Of a stretch of 64,000 bases of DNA, positions 62,001-64,000 are shown piece by piece. Numbering within the stretch: position 1 is the first letter of the stretch; every line of letters starts with the position of its first letter. Source of the stretch: Paragordius varius (taxonomy: Eukaryota; Animalia; Nematomorpha). Location: NCBI GenBank assembly GCA_964247055.1, contig OZ176053.1, forward strand, positions 682,001-746,000. The letters run 5' to 3'. The position numbers and the translations under genes are program-made. The notes beneath the pieces are model-generated. The model had not been told where the DNA came from and made no database searches. It saw only the letters and a program-made list of their open reading frames with translations.

Positions 62001-64000
62001 TGAGTTAAAAATTTCACAAGAGAAATGTTATGTATTATCTGGTAGAGGTTCAAAATTATATTAAAGTATCACAGCAGCCAAGATATATGTTTTCGTATTC
62101 GTATGATTTGGAGTCAAATTGAAACTTATTAAGATACGGTAGAAGATTTTAATTTAAATTGTTCTTAAATTTACACATAGTTACCTTTATATTACATTTA
62201 AAATACAAACAATAGCCTGGTAAAAATTTTAAGGCTTTCGACTTTGCGGGCTGGGGTTACAGAGATGGAATGAAGTTGTTTAATTTCCAAGAATACTTCC
62301 TTTTTATTTTATATTGTTGCGCTAGTTGATATATTTTAGCGAGGTTAGCTCCTATAAATTTTACACACTTCAGTACCAAATATATTACATAATCGTAACA
62401 TTTTTCCAAAATGTTGGAAAATAACTGGCTAAAAACACTGTCGGTAAATTGCTATATTTAGTATTTAATCATTTATAATTATATTTAAATTAAACCTCAT
62501 TGTATATCGGAATTATTTTTTCAAATCCTTATATACTGACTTATTCCATAACAAGACCACTTATAAGTTTAAATGAATATATATAATATAAAGTCATGGC
62601 ATAAAATATTTTTTAGACTGTTTTGAATGTTAGATTTTAGTTTCACTAAAGAATTTTTAGTTTATTTATGCCAGATGGTACTCACACATACATAAGTTCA
62701 AAAATAGGGCTAGCAACCTCATTCAGTGACGATACCTGGGATTTGGGAGAATGGTACTTTAATCTTAAATAAAGATTATTCGTTGTTGTACCTCACATTG
62801 TTAGACTCATGCCGAATCGAGATGGGTCCGAAGAAGAAGACGATTATCAACCCTATATTCCGGCATTCTCTTGATTTAGCGTTAAACATGTGTTAACTTT
62901 ATCTTTGCAAGGTATGCTGGAAAATAAAATTCCACCGACTATTTATAAGATATGATAATCCTAATCACATTTTATCTACAAGAACGCTTATTGAATGAAA
63001 ATTATGTTTTTACTGGGACTTACGAACATTGTCATTGTAATTCTTTGCCTAAAATGAGATAACTTTATAATAATGGTAATACTATGATAAAAATAAATAT
63101 TCTCAACAAACACGCAAGGGAATGTATTGCATGCCAGTATTGGTTGGACGACCGCATGACGCTGATGTAACGATCTTTCCCGGATAGTCTATAGCTTAGC
63201 GGGATGTGTACCGCTTTGTCTAAGGTGTCACTCTATATGCACTCACTTAGGTTCCCCATTTGTATGCCTTTGCTTTTTAGCATAATGATAGGAGCGCTGT
63301 GGGGCGTGCCGCTGTAGTCGCATAGGAGGAAAGATTGACACAGGCACGGGAAAGTTTCGTTTCGTTGCTACGACCAAGCAGAACGTAGTCCCTTTGGAAC
63401 TTCATGCGTAACTTAGAGATAAGCATTTTTATATTTTACTTTATTTTAAATGTCTTTAGATTTTACACATTTATGTCTTTTAGATTTTACACATTTATTA
63501 TTTTAAAAATAGCCATTAAAAAGTTTGTTAAATTTTAACCATTTGCTACTGTTAGATTTTACAAATTTATTATTTATATAAAAAAAGTCATTAAAAAAAA
63601 TATGTTAAATCATAACCATTTGCTAGTGTTAATTTGCTTGTAAAAATTAAAAAGATTTATAATGCGGAATTTTAGATGTATTATACAAATAACAACTGGA
63701 ATTTATAGATTAAAGATAACAAATGCGGTATCTTAAGAGGACTTTACAAAGGGAAAAAATTGTTTTAATTACGACATTGATCAAAGAAAATTTAATTTAT
63801 TGGTCTATAAATGTTAGATTTACTTAAAAAAGGAGAAAAATTGATTTAAATATCAGACACTTTATGAATACCAACTGGAATTTATAGACTATAAAAAAAC
63901 ATGGATTAAAAACGGAAATACATACCACTAGCAAAAGTTAAATATTGGTTTATAAAATCGTATTAAACAAGATAAATACTGTTACAGTTTAATAAATATG

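Larger units (their letters stand above)
20200..62770. repeat. Tandem segmental duplication: unit 1 ~20200-42191, unit 2 ~42700-62770
   Basis: Colinear high identity (roughly 90-95% by eye). Offset is about 22.45 kb over the genes and about 20.5 kb after the unit-1-only 1.9 kb insertion. Homology ends at TTAATCTTAAAT (42191/62770). Confidence 0.95.

Noticed and set aside
63150-63180. CTGATG as a hammerhead ribozyme core
   Set aside because: It reads CTGATGT, not CTGATGA, and no matching stems or GAAA arrangement were found.

Overview
This window is very AT-rich invertebrate (metazoan) nuclear DNA; the species cannot be determined from the sequence. Unique genes: an intronless class-A-like 7TM GPCR (minus, 4596-6479) and an intronless TBC1D10/EPI64-type Rab-GAP (plus, 15719-18574). 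From about 20.2 kb to 62.77 kb there are two tandem copies of a 20-22.5 kb unit. Each copy holds an 8-exon ferroportin (SLC40A1) gene, a tail-to-tail terminal exon of pyruvate dehydrogenase E1-alpha whose other exons are not visible, and satellite-like arrays. The rest is a dense, nested transposon landscape: hAT MITEs, an RTE LINE with an inverted 5' part, a decayed Chapaev3-like (CMC) element with an internally inverted transposase, TTAA piggyBac-type MITEs, TA-targeting MITEs, and a short element with telomere-like repeats and two GNA hairpins. Main leads: (i) both ferroportins have substitutions at both known metal-binding sites and differ from each other in TM1; (ii) the two PDHA exon copies differ only at synonymous sites, pointing to selection on both or to two haplotypes (unequal crossover or assembly duplication). 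No CRISPR array, rRNA or tRNA was seen. All alignments were done by eye, and human residue numbers are from memory.
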